Assembly: GCA_037189525.1 (NCBI GenBank)
Contig: JBBCJC010000001.1
Location: 128,001 to 192,000, forward strand
Reading direction: 5' to 3'
Length of the DNA stretch: 64,000 nucleotides
Source of the DNA: Gemmatimonadales bacterium
GTDB taxonomy: Bacteria > Gemmatimonadota > Gemmatimonadetes > Gemmatimonadales > GWC2-71-9
A program made the translations under genes and the position numbers. Below the pieces are notes generated by a model. It saw only the letters and a list, made by a program, of their open reading frames with translations, was not told the DNA's origin and did no database searches. Positions 33,871 to 44,334 of this stretch are shown here, one piece after another (position 1 is the first letter of the stretch; each line of letters starts with the position of its first letter).

Positions 33871-36533
33871 TGTCCTGGCTCGACGGCCTCTCCCACCGGA
33901 TTCGGACCCTCCTCGCCCCGAACCGGCACGCCCGCGAACTGGCCGAAGAAGTCCAGTTCCACCTGGAGATGGACGCCATGCACGACGGCGACACGAACCA
34001 GGGCCGGCGCCGCTTCGGCAACCGCGCCTACCATCGGGAAGAGGTGCGCGAATCGACCTGGCTCCGATTCGTCGATCGCGTAACCCAGGACTTCAGTTCG
34101 GCATGGCGCTCGCTGCGGAGAACACCCGGCATCGTGGCCGTCGTCGCAACGACATTGGCGCTCGGGATCGGGATCAACGCCATGGCGTTTTCCCTGCTCG
34201 ACACCTTGTACCTGAGCCCACCTGGCGGCGTCAGTCATCCCGAGAACCTTCGGCGTTACTGGGTCGAACATACCCGAACCCACGACGGAGTTCCCTTTCA
34301 TTCACGCAACCTCGGCTACCCCATCTACCGCATCGTCGCCGAATTGGCCGACCGCCCGGAGAACGTGACCGTTTACATGGCGTCGGAACGACAGCTGGGC
34401 CGCGGCCTCGACGGACCGACCGTTCAAATGGTGTGGGCTCAGGAGAATTATTTCGATGTCCTGGGCATCCGGCTCACGATGGGCCGAACCTTTACCGCCG
34501 CGGAGAATCAGCTCGGCAGCGGCGCGCCCGTCGCAATCGTGAGCGAAGCGTTTCGCCAGCGTCACCTTGCCGACCGACCGGCGCCGCTCGGCACGACGAT
34601 CGACCTCGAGCAGGAGCAGTACACCATCATCGGTGTCATGGCGCCGGATTTCACCGGGCTCGATCTCCAGCCGGCCGAGGTCTGGATCCCGATCGGCAAT
34701 CTCCCGGTCCAGCGTGGGAGTGATCCGTGGTGGCTCACTCGCTACGCCGGATACTTCCAGGTCGTCGAGCGCATCTCGACGCCCGGCACACCCGCCGCAG
34801 CAGTCGAGGCGCGCGCTACCGACGCACTGCGCCGTTACAACCGGGAAACGCGGGGAGCCACCGCAGATACGCTGAGCCGAATCCAGCTGGGACCGATCCA
34901 GGCCGCGCAAACTCCCGGCAAGCTCGACACCTCGGTCCTGATCAGCACGCGTCTCACCGGCGTCGCGGCGCTCATCCTCCTGATTGCGCTCGCCAACGTC
35001 GTGAATCTCCTGCTGGGCCGCGCCGTTGCGCGACGACGGGAGCTCTCCACCCGACTTGCCCTGGGACTGTCGCGACCGCGCCTGGTCTGGATCCTGACCC
35101 TCGAAGCCGTCATGATAGCCTCGATCGGCGGCGCGGCGGCCACGCTCGCCGGCTGGGCAGGCGGGACGATGCTTCGGACCCTCCTGCTGCCGGAAATCCA
35201 TTGGGCGCGGTCTGCCTTCGACTGGCGTGTCGGCGTCGTTACTCTCGGCCTGACACTCGGGGCGGGCCTGGTAGCCGGGCTGATTCCCGCGCTCCAAGCC
35301 AGCCGTCCGGGACCCACGAGCGCGATGGAGCGGCTCTCGACCGGAGACCGGCATCGTTCGCGCTTGCAGAACGGACTGGTCATCGCGCAGGTGGCTCTCG
35401 CAACGGTCCTCCTGACCGGAGCAGCGCTCACCTTGCGCAGCTTACACAATGTGACGAGTCTCGACCTCGGCTACGATGTGGAGGCCCTGGTCTTCGGCTC
35501 GGTCAGTTTCATCAAGGGCCAGGCGCCTCCGAACCCGGTGGTGGACACCCGACTCGAATCGGCCGTTACCCGGCTGACCAATCGGCCCGGCATCCTCGGC
35601 GTGGCGCGCAGCAGTATGGCCCCCATGAGCGGGATAGGCATCCTGTCGCTCTTCACGGGAGCGGATTCGATGGGATCCTTTCCGGTCTCCCCAGTCCACC
35701 TCAGGGTCTCCCCATCCTTCTTCGACGTGACGGGGCTGGCCATTCAGCAGGGCCGTGGATTCATCGATGATGCCGGCGCCGAAACGACCGGCGAGGTGGT
35801 CGTCAACGCCGCAATGGCACGAATGATCTGGCCGAACGCCAACCCGCTCGGACAATGCATCCAGTTCGTGTCGCGCGACCGTCCCTGCTATCCGGTCGTA
35901 GGTGTGGTGGAGTCGGGCCGGATGACATATGTCATCGAGGGAGAGGACAAACCTCAGTACTACCTCTCGATCCGGGATCCCCTGGCGGAGGGTCCTGCGA
36001 GGACGATCGTGGTACGAACCTACCCCGACAAAATCGCGGCGGCAGAGGCCGAACTTCGAACCGCGCTGAGCGCGGAGCTTCCTGGCGGTGTACCGGAAGT
36101 CAGCAGTATGACGGAGGATCTCGGTCCTCAATACCGTCCCTGGCGCCTCGGTGCCGCGCTCCTGTCGGGAGTGGGACTCCTCGCGGTGATCGTGGTTTTG
36201 CTCGGTATCTACAGTACCGTGTCCTATGGAGTCGCCCGACGGACCCGGGAGTTCGGCATCCGGATGGCGCTCGGCGCGCAACGGCAGGCCGTCACACGGC
36301 AGGTCGTCACGAGCGGTCTGCGGGTCGTGATGGTCGGCCTGATCATCGGCACGGCGATCACCCTCGCCGCGGGCCGCCTGATTCGCGCCATCCTCTACGG
36401 CGTCGAGCCCGACGATCCCACGACCCTCGTCGTCGTGTCGGCCGGCCTCCTCATCGTCGCAGGTCTGGCGGCACTCAAACCGGCTCGTACCGCCAGCAGG
36501 ATCGAACCGGCCATCACCCTTCGGACAGATTGA
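33870..36533 (+). CDS. ADOP-type duplicated MacB/FtsX ABC permease
   Basis: EEVQFHLEM prefix, TLALGIGIN, two FtsX domains (RRRELSTRLALG, RRTREFGIRMALGA). No ATPase gene adjacent. Confidence 0.9.
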   Translation: MSWLDGLSHRIRTLLAPNRHARELAEEVQFHLEMDAMHDGDTNQGRRRFGNRAYHREEVRESTWLRFVDRVTQDFSSAWRSLRRTPGIVAVVATTLALGIGINAMAFSLLDTLYLSPPGGVSHPENLRRYWVEHTRTHDGVPFHSRNLGYPIYRIVAELADRPENVTVYMASERQLGRGLDGPTVQMVWAQENYFDVLGIRLTMGRTFTAAENQLGSGAPVAIVSEAFRQRHLADRPAPLGTTIDLEQEQYTIIGVMAPDFTGLDLQPAEVWIPIGNLPVQRGSDPWWLTRYAGYFQVVERISTPGTPAAAVEARATDALRRYNRETRGATADTLSRIQLGPIQAAQTPGKLDTSVLISTRLTGVAALILLIALANVVNLLLGRAVARRRELSTRLALGLSRPRLVWILTLEAVMIASIGGAAATLAGWAGGTMLRTLLLPEIHWARSAFDWRVGVVTLGLTLGAGLVAGLIPALQASRPGPTSAMERLSTGDRHRSRLQNGLVIAQVALATVLLTGAALTLRSLHNVTSLDLGYDVEALVFGSVSFIKGQAPPNPVVDTRLESAVTRLTNRPGILGVARSSMAPMSGIGILSLFTGADSMGSFPVSPVHLRVSPSFFDVTGLAIQQGRGFIDDAGAETTGEVVVNAAMARMIWPNANPLGQCIQFVSRDRPCYPVVGVVESGRMTYVIEGEDKPQYYLSIRDPLAEGPARTIVVRTYPDKIAAAEAELRTALSAELPGGVPEVSSMTEDLGPQYRPWRLGAALLSGVGLLAVIVVLLGIYSTVSYGVARRTREFGIRMALGAQRQAVTRQVVTSGLRVVMVGLIIGTAITLAAGRLIRAILYGVEPDDPTTLVVVSAGLLIVAGLAALKPARTASRIEPAITLRTD

Positions 36534-36624
36534 AATCGGGCGTCGAGTCCGGCGCCCGACCACCCCGCACCATTTACACAACAAGTGTTATATTCGATCC
36601 CGAACCCTCTTCGGGACAGTCGTC

Positions 36625-37134
36625 GTGAATCAGCCCGCACGCCTCCAGCAGGTTGGCCAGGAGATCGGCGTCTCCTCGTGGTACCGGATCGACCAGGATC
36701 GGGTCGACGCCTTTGCCAAGGTCACCGACGATGCCGACCCGATGCATGTCGATCCCGCCTGGTGCGCCCAGCACAGCCCCTTCGGACAAACCGTCTCCTT
36801 CGGATTCCTGACGCTCTCGCTCCTGACACATCTGAGCCATGAGGTCCTGGGCTGGAGCGGGTCCGACAGCATTGATCGGGACGGCTACGGGCTCAACTAC
36901 GGCTTCGACCGGATCCGGCTGATCGAACCGGTTCCGGTGGGGAGCCGGATCCGAGCCCGCTTCACGCTGTTGGATCGATCCGAGCCTCATCCCGGCGAAT
37001 CCCGATTCAAGTACGGGGTGACGGTGGAGATCGAAGGCAAGGCCCGCCCCGCCCTGGTGGCCGAGTGGCTGGCGCTCTGGGTCAACGGGTCCGCCGGCCA
37101 CGCGCGGATTGCCGGCAAGCACAAGAGCGCTTGA
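36625..37134 (+). CDS. MaoC family dehydratase
   Basis: FA.VT.D..PMHVDP, SPFG.T...GFLTLSL, NYGFDRIR. Confidence 0.9.
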   Translation: MNQPARLQQVGQEIGVSSWYRIDQDRVDAFAKVTDDADPMHVDPAWCAQHSPFGQTVSFGFLTLSLLTHLSHEVLGWSGSDSIDRDGYGLNYGFDRIRLIEPVPVGSRIRARFTLLDRSEPHPGESRFKYGVTVEIEGKARPALVAEWLALWVNGSAGHARIAGKHKSA

Positions 37135-37135
37135 G

Positions 37136-38740
37136 ATGACCCGGACGGTCCGACCGTCTCGCCCGCTTGCCGAGCAGGAGCGACCTCCCCGGCTGGACCT
37201 GATCAGCGACTATCCGAGATTCTGGGCTGGCGTCGAGCCGGATCGGGATGCCGTCATCTTCGGCCCGTCGCGATGGTCGTATCGCGATCTGGCCGACCAG
37301 GTCGACAGCTACGCACGCGCGCTGCTCGCCGCCGGTGTCCATCCCGGTGATCGGGTCGCCACCCTGTCCCCGCCGCACCCCGACTACTACGTCACCTTCC
37401 TGGCCACGGCATCGATCGGCGCCATCTGGGTCGGCCTCAATCCGCGCTATCAGCGGCGCGAACTCGACTACGTTCTGGGCGACGCCACCCCAGCCCTCGT
37501 CTTTACCCGCGAACGGGTGGGCGACCGCGATTTCCGAACCGACCTCGATGCTCTGAGCGAGGCCCATCCGGGCGTACGACGATGGGTGCGACTCGACGGT
37601 TCCGGCGAGCACGCCGATTCACAAACTCGTTTCCTCGAGCGTGGCGCATCGGTCAGCGATACGCAGCTTGCATCGATTCACGCCGCGGTCTCGACCGACG
37701 CTCCCTGCCTCATCGTCTACACCAGCGGGACCACGGGCCAGCCCAAGGGCGCGCTGATCAGTCACCATGGATTGATCCGGGTTGCCAGGGTGCAGCATGG
37801 GATCTGGCCCGTTTCCCCGCTCCGGGTGGTCAACAACCTGCCGATCAATCATATCGGCTGCGTCGGTGACATCACCTGCGACACCCTGGTGCCCGGCGGC
37901 GCCATCATCTTCCAGGAACAGTTCGAACCCGGTGGCATGCTCGAGCTGATCGAACGGGAAGGCGCCACGCTGTTGGGCCACGTGCCGACGGCGCTCGAGT
38001 ATCTGGCTCGCCATCCCCGGTTCGACCAGACCGATTTTTCGCGGATGCAATTGATCATCTGGTCGGGCGCGGCGGCTCCGGTCACTCTGATCGAACGCCT
38101 GCGCAGCAAATGCGCCGACATGGCCAGCGCCTACGGAATGACGGAAACGGTCGGTTCGGTGACTTTCACGTTCGACAGTGACGAGATGGCGGTCCTTGCC
38201 GGATCGATCGGATGGCCGGTCGACGAATACGAGATGCGGATCGCCGGCAGCGATGGCACAGCCCTGCCACCCGGCGAAACCGGCGAGCTTCAGGTACGCG
38301 GCGATTTTCTCACGCTGGGCTACTGGAACCGCCCCGACGCCACGCGCGACCTCTTCACCGCCGACGGCTGGCTTCACACAGGCGACCTGGGCACCATCGG
38401 CCCCGACGGGACCTATCGGCTGCTCGGCCGCCTCAAGGAGATGTTCAAATCCGGGGGCTACAACGTCTACCCTCGCGAGATCGAAACCGTGCTGGAGAGC
38501 CATCCCGATGTCGCCATGGCCGCCGTCCTCGGCGTCGCGGACCCCACCTTCCAGGAAGTCGGGCACGCGTTCGTGCTGGTCCACCCGGGCCGATCGCCCA
38601 CGCCCGAGGCGCTGGAGCAGTTTTGCCGGGAATCACTCGCGAACTACAAAGTCCCCAAGCGATTCATCGTGGCCACGGATTTTCCGATGCTTCCGATCGG
38701 CAAGATCGACAAGCAGGCGCTCCGAGCGTCGCAGACATAG
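37136..38740 (+). CDS. Acyl-CoA synthetase (AMP-forming)
   Basis: YTSGTTGQPKG, YGMTE, WLHTGD, GRLKEM.KSGG.NVYP.EIE, GKIDK. Confidence 0.92.
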   Translation: MTRTVRPSRPLAEQERPPRLDLISDYPRFWAGVEPDRDAVIFGPSRWSYRDLADQVDSYARALLAAGVHPGDRVATLSPPHPDYYVTFLATASIGAIWVGLNPRYQRRELDYVLGDATPALVFTRERVGDRDFRTDLDALSEAHPGVRRWVRLDGSGEHADSQTRFLERGASVSDTQLASIHAAVSTDAPCLIVYTSGTTGQPKGALISHHGLIRVARVQHGIWPVSPLRVVNNLPINHIGCVGDITCDTLVPGGAIIFQEQFEPGGMLELIEREGATLLGHVPTALEYLARHPRFDQTDFSRMQLIIWSGAAAPVTLIERLRSKCADMASAYGMTETVGSVTFTFDSDEMAVLAGSIGWPVDEYEMRIAGSDGTALPPGETGELQVRGDFLTLGYWNRPDATRDLFTADGWLHTGDLGTIGPDGTYRLLGRLKEMFKSGGYNVYPREIETVLESHPDVAMAAVLGVADPTFQEVGHAFVLVHPGRSPTPEALEQFCRESLANYKVPKRFIVATDFPMLPIGKIDKQALRASQT

Positions 38741-38749
38741 ATTCCGACC

Positions 38750-41700
38750 ATGACCAACCGTGACCGATCTTCGCTCGACGACAAGTTCCTTTTGGAAGAC
38801 GGTACGATTGCGCTTTCCGGCGTTCAAGCGTTGGTCCGTCTGCCGCTCGACCAGCACCGTGCTGATCGACGCGCCGGACTCAACACCGCCACGCTGATCT
38901 CGGGCTATCGCGGTTCTCCCCTGGGCGGCTATGACACGGCACTCGCCGCGGCCCGGAAGATCCTCACCGCGCATCAGGTCACCTTCCTCCCGGGCGTGAA
39001 CGAGGATCTCGGCGCCACCGCCGTCTTTGGTGCCCAGCTTGCCAACCTGCTGCCTCGGCCGCGCTATGACGGCGTACTCGGGATCTGGTACGGCAAAGGT
39101 CCGGGCGTCGACCGCACCGGCGATGCCTTCCGCCATGCCAACCTGACGGGTGTGGGCAAGCATGGCGGGGTCCTTGCCGTCGCGGGCGATGATCCGGCCT
39201 CGAAGTCCTCGACGGTGCCCTCCGCATCCGAAGTCGCCTTGTTCGATGCCCAGATGCCGATCCTCTATCCCGCGGACGTCCAGAGCGTCATCGATCTGGG
39301 GCTCAAAGGGTTCGCGCTCTCGCGCTATTCGGGCCTCTGGGTCGGCCTCAAAGTGACCACCAACGTGGCGGACGAGTTCTCCACGGCGCGCGTCTCACCG
39401 GAGCAAGCGGCGTGGATTCGCCCCAAGTTCGAGTTTGCCGGCAAACCCTGGCAGCCGACCCAGAGCCATACCCTCTTTGCTCCGTACAACCTCCAGTTGG
39501 AACAGGAACTCTGGGAGGGTCGTCTCGAAGCCGCTCGGCATTTCGCCGTGGCCAACGGCCTCAATCGCTCCGTGGTCGATCCGGCCAATGCCTGGATCGG
39601 GATCGCCGCCGCCGGCAAGACCTATCTCGACCTTCGCGAAGCGCTCTCCCGGCTCGGCCTGACCGATGCCGAACTCCATCGTTTCGGCGTTCGCCTGCTG
39701 CGCATCGACATGCTCTACCCGCTCGACGGGCCGAGCCTGCGGCGGTTTGCGGCGGGGCTGGAGGAAGTGCTGGTGATCGAGGAGAAGCGGTCGTTCCTGG
39801 AACTCCTGGTTCGCGACGCGCTCTACCGGATGCCCGACCGGCCGCGGATGGTCGGCAAGCAAGACGAACAGGATCGGGTCCTGATCCCCGGTCATGGTGA
39901 GCTCGACGCGGACACGCTGCTTCCCCTCATTGCCGGACGCCTGCGGGCGCGAATCCCCGATATGGACGCCCGGCTGGCCCGCATTACCGGTGGTCGTGCC
40001 ACGCCGGCTGCCCCGCTCGGCCTGGCTGCGCAGCGACTGGCGTACTTCTGCTCCGGTTGTCCGCACAACCGCTCGACGGTGGTGCCCGAGGGCTCGATTG
40101 CCGCCGCGGGGATCGGATGTCACGGCATGGCCGTCACCATGGAGCGGGTCGGCGCGGGCTTTACCCAGATGGGTGGTGAAGGCGCTCAGTGGGTCGGCGC
40201 ATCCCTCTTTTCGGATACGCCGCACATCTTCCAGAACATCGGCGACGGCACCCTGTTCCACTCCGGCTCGCTGGCAATCCGCCAGGCCGTTGCCGCCGGG
40301 ACAAACATCACCTACAAGATCCTATACAACGGCGCCGTCGCCATGACCGGGGGGCAGCACGCCGACGGCAGCATCGCGATTCCCGATCTGATTCGCGAAC
40401 TGGCGGCCGAGGGCGTCAAGCGCACTGTGGTACTCACCGACGAGCTCGATCGGTACCGGGGAGTTTCTCTCGCGGCCGGCGTCGACGTGCGGTCTCGCGA
40501 CACCCTCGATGCGACCCAGCGCGAGCTGCGCGAAACGCCGGGCGTCACCGCCCTGATCTACGATCAGCATTGCGCCGCCGACCTCCGCCGTCGCAGGAAA
40601 CGCGGCCTGGCACCCGAACGCAAGCTGCGCGTGGTCATCAACGAGCGGGTCTGCGAGGGCTGCGGCGACTGCGGCGTCAAATCGAACTGTCTGAGCGTGA
40701 TGCCGGTCGACACCGAGTTCGGCCGCAAGACCCGGATCCATCAGTCGTCGTGCAACACCGACTACTCCTGCCTCGACGGCGACTGCCCGGCATTCATCAC
40801 CGCGGTGCAAGATACGCATGGCGCCGCATCGCGACACGCCGCCAAGCCGTCGGCGCCAAGTTTCGAGATTTCTGATGCCCTGCTGCCGGAACCGGCGCGG
40901 CAGGTCGCGTCGGGAGCGAACCTCTATTTCATGGGGATCGGCGGAACCGGTGTCGTTACCGTCAATCAGGTCCTGGGCACCGCGGCCCTGCTCGACGGCC
41001 GGTCGGTGCGCTGTCTCGATCAGACGGGGCTGAGCCAGAAGGGAGGCGCCGTCGTCTCCCACCTGAAGATTGCGCCGACCGCGGAGGAGATGTCGAACAA
41101 GGTCGGCGCGGGGGAGGCCGATGCGTACATCGGTTTCGACGTACTGACCGCCGCCGACGCGCGCCACCTGATCCGGGCGCGACCCGATCGCACGGTTGCC
41201 ATCGTGTCCTCCAGCCGGATTCCGACCGGCCTGATGGTGCGCAACGCCGCAGTCGGCTTCCCCTCGGGCGATATGCTGCACCGGCGGATCGATGCCGCCA
41301 CGCGCGCCGACGCCAACGTCTACCTGGACGCCGAGGGTCTGGCCGATCGGTACTTCGGCTCGCACCTGGCCGCGAATTTCATCGTCGTCGGGGCTGCCTA
41401 CCAGGCGGGCGTCGTTCCGATTGCCGCGGCCCAGATCGAAGCGGCCATCGCGCTGAACGGCGCCGCCGCGGCCATGAATACCCAGGCCTTCCGGCTCGGG
41501 CGCCGGCTGGTGATCGACCCGCTCTGGCACCCCGATACGCCGGCCGCAACGACGCCAGACGCGGGCACGCTAGCTTCGGACCCCTCACCCGTCCTGCCCG
41601 ACGCGCTTCGGAACCGGATTCAGACGGCTGCGACGAGCCGGGAACTCGAACGCCTGCTCGCGAGCCGCGCGGCGGATCTGATTTCCTACCAGAATCTGAG

Positions 41701-42289
41701 CTACGCGGAACGCTACCTCGCATTCGTCGAGCAGGTGGCTGCCCGGGAACACGCGCTCGGCCTCGGATCGGAACTCGCCGAAGCGACGGCTCGATACTAC
41801 TACAAGCTGATGGCGTACAAAGACGAGTACGAGGTCGCCCGCCTGATGCTCGATCCGGCATTCCAGACGGCCGTCGACGATGCGGTCGGTCCCGGCGCGG
41901 CCGTCCAGTACCGGCTGCATCCGCCGGCCCTGCGCGCCATGGGGCTCAAAAAGAAGATCGCCCTGGGCAGCTGGTTCCGCCCGATGTTCCGGTTGCTGCG
42001 CTTGGCGCGCGGCCTCCGCGGCTCCTGGCTGGACCCGTTCGGACGGGACGGAATCCGCCGGATCGAACGGGCGCTGATCGTCGAATACCGGGAGATGATC
42101 GAAGAAGAATTGGCTGCACTGTCGGAAGCGACCCATGCCCGGGCGGTGGCCCTGGCCCGCCTGCCCGACATGATCCGCGGTTACGAAGGGGTCAAACGCG
42201 GCAACGTCGAGCGCTATCGGACCGCGGTTCGGGAACTCAAGGCGCCGCCGGCACCGGCGGAACCGAGTCCGGCGCTGGCTGCCCGCTGA
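38750..42289 (+). CDS. Fused indolepyruvate:ferredoxin oxidoreductase family protein
   Basis: SGYRGSPLG, WYGKGPGVDR, FCSGCPHN, GDGTLFHSG, CEGCGDC, GIGGTGVVT, KLMAYKDEYEVARL. Confidence 0.93.
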   Translation: MTNRDRSSLDDKFLLEDGTIALSGVQALVRLPLDQHRADRRAGLNTATLISGYRGSPLGGYDTALAAARKILTAHQVTFLPGVNEDLGATAVFGAQLANLLPRPRYDGVLGIWYGKGPGVDRTGDAFRHANLTGVGKHGGVLAVAGDDPASKSSTVPSASEVALFDAQMPILYPADVQSVIDLGLKGFALSRYSGLWVGLKVTTNVADEFSTARVSPEQAAWIRPKFEFAGKPWQPTQSHTLFAPYNLQLEQELWEGRLEAARHFAVANGLNRSVVDPANAWIGIAAAGKTYLDLREALSRLGLTDAELHRFGVRLLRIDMLYPLDGPSLRRFAAGLEEVLVIEEKRSFLELLVRDALYRMPDRPRMVGKQDEQDRVLIPGHGELDADTLLPLIAGRLRARIPDMDARLARITGGRATPAAPLGLAAQRLAYFCSGCPHNRSTVVPEGSIAAAGIGCHGMAVTMERVGAGFTQMGGEGAQWVGASLFSDTPHIFQNIGDGTLFHSGSLAIRQAVAAGTNITYKILYNGAVAMTGGQHADGSIAIPDLIRELAAEGVKRTVVLTDELDRYRGVSLAAGVDVRSRDTLDATQRELRETPGVTALIYDQHCAADLRRRRKRGLAPERKLRVVINERVCEGCGDCGVKSNCLSVMPVDTEFGRKTRIHQSSCNTDYSCLDGDCPAFITAVQDTHGAASRHAAKPSAPSFEISDALLPEPARQVASGANLYFMGIGGTGVVTVNQVLGTAALLDGRSVRCLDQTGLSQKGGAVVSHLKIAPTAEEMSNKVGAGEADAYIGFDVLTAADARHLIRARPDRTVAIVSSSRIPTGLMVRNAAVGFPSGDMLHRRIDAATRADANVYLDAEGLADRYFGSHLAANFIVVGAAYQAGVVPIAAAQIEAAIALNGAAAAMNTQAFRLGRRLVIDPLWHPDTPAATTPDAGTLASDPSPVLPDALRNRIQTAATSRELERLLASRAADLISYQNLSYAERYLAFVEQVAAREHALGLGSELAEATARYYYKLMAYKDEYEVARLMLDPAFQTAVDDAVGPGAAVQYRLHPPALRAMGLKKKIALGSWFRPMFRLLRLARGLRGSWLDPFGRDGIRRIERALIVEYREMIEEELAALSEATHARAVALARLPDMIRGYEGVKRGNVERYRTAVRELKAPPAPAEPSPALAAR

Positions 42290-43397
42290 GCGGCTGATCC
42301 GTGGCGTTGGGGTCGACTCCGATGGCCGCCGCCAGTCGCTCGAAAGCCGCGTTCCCTTCGGCTCCGTCCATCAGCTTCACCAATTCCGCCACACTGCGGG
42401 TCACATCGCCCTGGTGCTGTTGGAACCAGCGTTCGAACCAATCGAGGTGGGTTCGATAGATCAGCACCCCCACCAGCTGGGCGTTGTTGATCGGCCGCTC
42501 GGCCAGTCGCGCAACTTGATAGGTACGCAGACGTGATCCGATCGGCCCCTCGAGCCGTTCCTTCGACCAGCGACCGATGGCCGCGCGTCCTTCATCCAGC
42601 GCCGCGCCCTCGGGCTTACTCCCATAGAACGTCGTCAGCGTGTCGATCAGTTCCCGGTAATACTCGGCCAGAACGATCTCATCGAGCCAGCGGTCACGGG
42701 CACGGTCGGCCCGGAGCGAGTCGCCCCGTCCGCGGAAAAATTCTTCGGCGGCGCGGTACCCGATCATCTGCGCCGCGCTCTCATTGAACGGCGTAGCGCT
42801 CTTGATGTAGAGGGTGTTGTGGGCAATCTCATGGAAAACGAGCGCGGTCAGCTCGACGGAATCCCGCACCAGGGCGGTCGAGAGCAGCGGATCGTTGAAC
42901 CAGCCGAGGGTCGAATATGCAGCCGCCGGCCGGAGCGAGATGTCGTAGCCGCGGTCGGCCCATTTCGTCGCTTCCTTCTGAGCCATCTCGACGTCGAAGA
43001 AGCCTTTATACGGCACCCGGCCGACGATCGGATACTTCCAGGTCACCGGACAGATGCAGTCCTTCCGTGATCCGGTGAGCGACAGGAGCAGCGTGTCCCG
43101 ACCCACATCGGTGTACGCGGTGTAGGTGTCCTTGGCCTCCAGCCCGATGGCGGCCGCATGCTCGCGCACGTCGAGCACCAGTTGCAGGAAGGCGCGATCG
43201 CGCGCGGGAATGGTCGAATCAGTGAGCATCTGCTCGAGCGGCTTCCGCTTCTGCAGGATCCGCGTCTGCTCGAGCCCGGCGCGGCTCAGGTAGCGGACGT
43301 CCTCGCTTGCCACGTAGGCGGTGCCATAGCCGACGAAGAGCGCGACGGCCGCAATCAGGATTCCCATGCCGATCCGCTTCTTTCTCACGGGGTCCAA
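42237..43397 (-). CDS. Predicted zinc aminopeptidase
   Basis: W.YPIVG.VPYKGFF, AYSTLGWF.DP, FHEIAH...FNES. Confidence 0.85.
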   Translation of the reverse strand: MDPVRKKRIGMGILIAAVALFVGYGTAYVASEDVRYLSRAGLEQTRILQKRKPLEQMLTDSTIPARDRAFLQLVLDVREHAAAIGLEAKDTYTAYTDVGRDTLLLSLTGSRKDCICPVTWKYPIVGRVPYKGFFDVEMAQKEATKWADRGYDISLRPAAAYSTLGWFNDPLLSTALVRDSVELTALVFHEIAHNTLYIKSATPFNESAAQMIGYRAAEEFFRGRGDSLRADRARDRWLDEIVLAEYYRELIDTLTTFYGSKPEGAALDEGRAAIGRWSKERLEGPIGSRLRTYQVARLAERPINNAQLVGVLIYRTHLDWFERWFQQHQGDVTRSVAELVKLMDGAEGNAAFERLAAAIGVDPNATDQPLSGQPAPDSVPPVPAAP

Positions 43398-44266
43398 CGG
43401 ACGCCGAACAGGTGGACACCCTTACCCAACGGGCTTTCGGGCTGATAGGCGTAATCGAAGCGCGCGCTGCCAGCCACGATGCTCCCGCCGTAGGTCGTCT
43501 TGGACAGCGTTCCGGACACGTCATCCGGCTGTCCGCCGTGCCCGATCCGTCCGATCAACCCCAGTCCGTAGAATACGGCGCCGGCCTCGAGTCCGAACAC
43601 GGTGCGTCGTCGCTGCCGTTCGGTCCAGACCGTCTCGACCGTCGCCAGCAAGCGGCCGTTGGAATAGGTATCGAGCAGATTCATACTGAAGCCGAGCCGC
43701 CAGGCGCGCGGTAACTGCAACCCTCCGGACGATACGGTCCAGTCGCCCAGATTATGGACCGAGAGGGCCAGCGCAGCGATATCGAAGAATGCGACCGTGG
43801 TCCCGACATCCGTCGTAACGGCGCGAGCAATCGTCCCCCCCGAATCCTCCACCGAGACGTACTTGGCGCTGGTGCCGAGTGCCACGCCACTTCGGCGATA
43901 GACGGCGGTGCCGACCCAACTGAGATTGTCGTAGATCGGACTGGTATTCGGCAGCCGGAGGTACTGGTACCCGCCGCCAAAGTTGAAATCGGCCACCCGG
44001 AAGGCCGCGCTGCCCATGGTGTAGGTCGACCGATCCGGCAGGCGCGCCAAGGTGCCTTCGATGCTCAGCGCGCGGATCGGGGCGAGACCGGAGGGATTGC
44101 TGAAGACCGAGCCGGCATATCCCGGCATGGCGGCACCGGCGCCCGCTAGGCCGGCGGCCCGCACATTGGCCGGGAAGGACAGGATTGCAGGCGTGGGCCG
44201 GGCCGGTTGCGCAGCGAGCGGTGCGACACCGCAGGCGAGGCAGAGGAGGAAGCGGAGAGCCTTCAT
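43385..44266 (-). CDS. PorV/FadL-like outer-membrane beta-barrel protein
   Basis: Signal peptide. RAAGLAGA.AA...SVFSNPSGLA plug motif. Alternating beta strands, FDYAY, C-terminal GVRW. Confidence 0.65.
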   Translation of the reverse strand: MKALRFLLCLACGVAPLAAQPARPTPAILSFPANVRAAGLAGAGAAMPGYAGSVFSNPSGLAPIRALSIEGTLARLPDRSTYTMGSAAFRVADFNFGGGYQYLRLPNTSPIYDNLSWVGTAVYRRSGVALGTSAKYVSVEDSGGTIARAVTTDVGTTVAFFDIAALALSVHNLGDWTVSSGGLQLPRAWRLGFSMNLLDTYSNGRLLATVETVWTERQRRRTVFGLEAGAVFYGLGLIGRIGHGGQPDDVSGTLSKTTYGGSIVAGSARFDYAYQPESPLGKGVHLFGVRWTP

Positions 44267-44334
44267 GGACGTCTCGGGAATCTGCCTCCGCCGGGCGGCT
44301 GGCTCAAGCCGCGCCGCCCGGCGGACGACCCCGC

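Noticed and set aside
42237..42289. 53-nt convergent 3' overlap of the IOR and aminopeptidase genes
   Set aside because: Involves only low-complexity tails, common in GC-rich genomes
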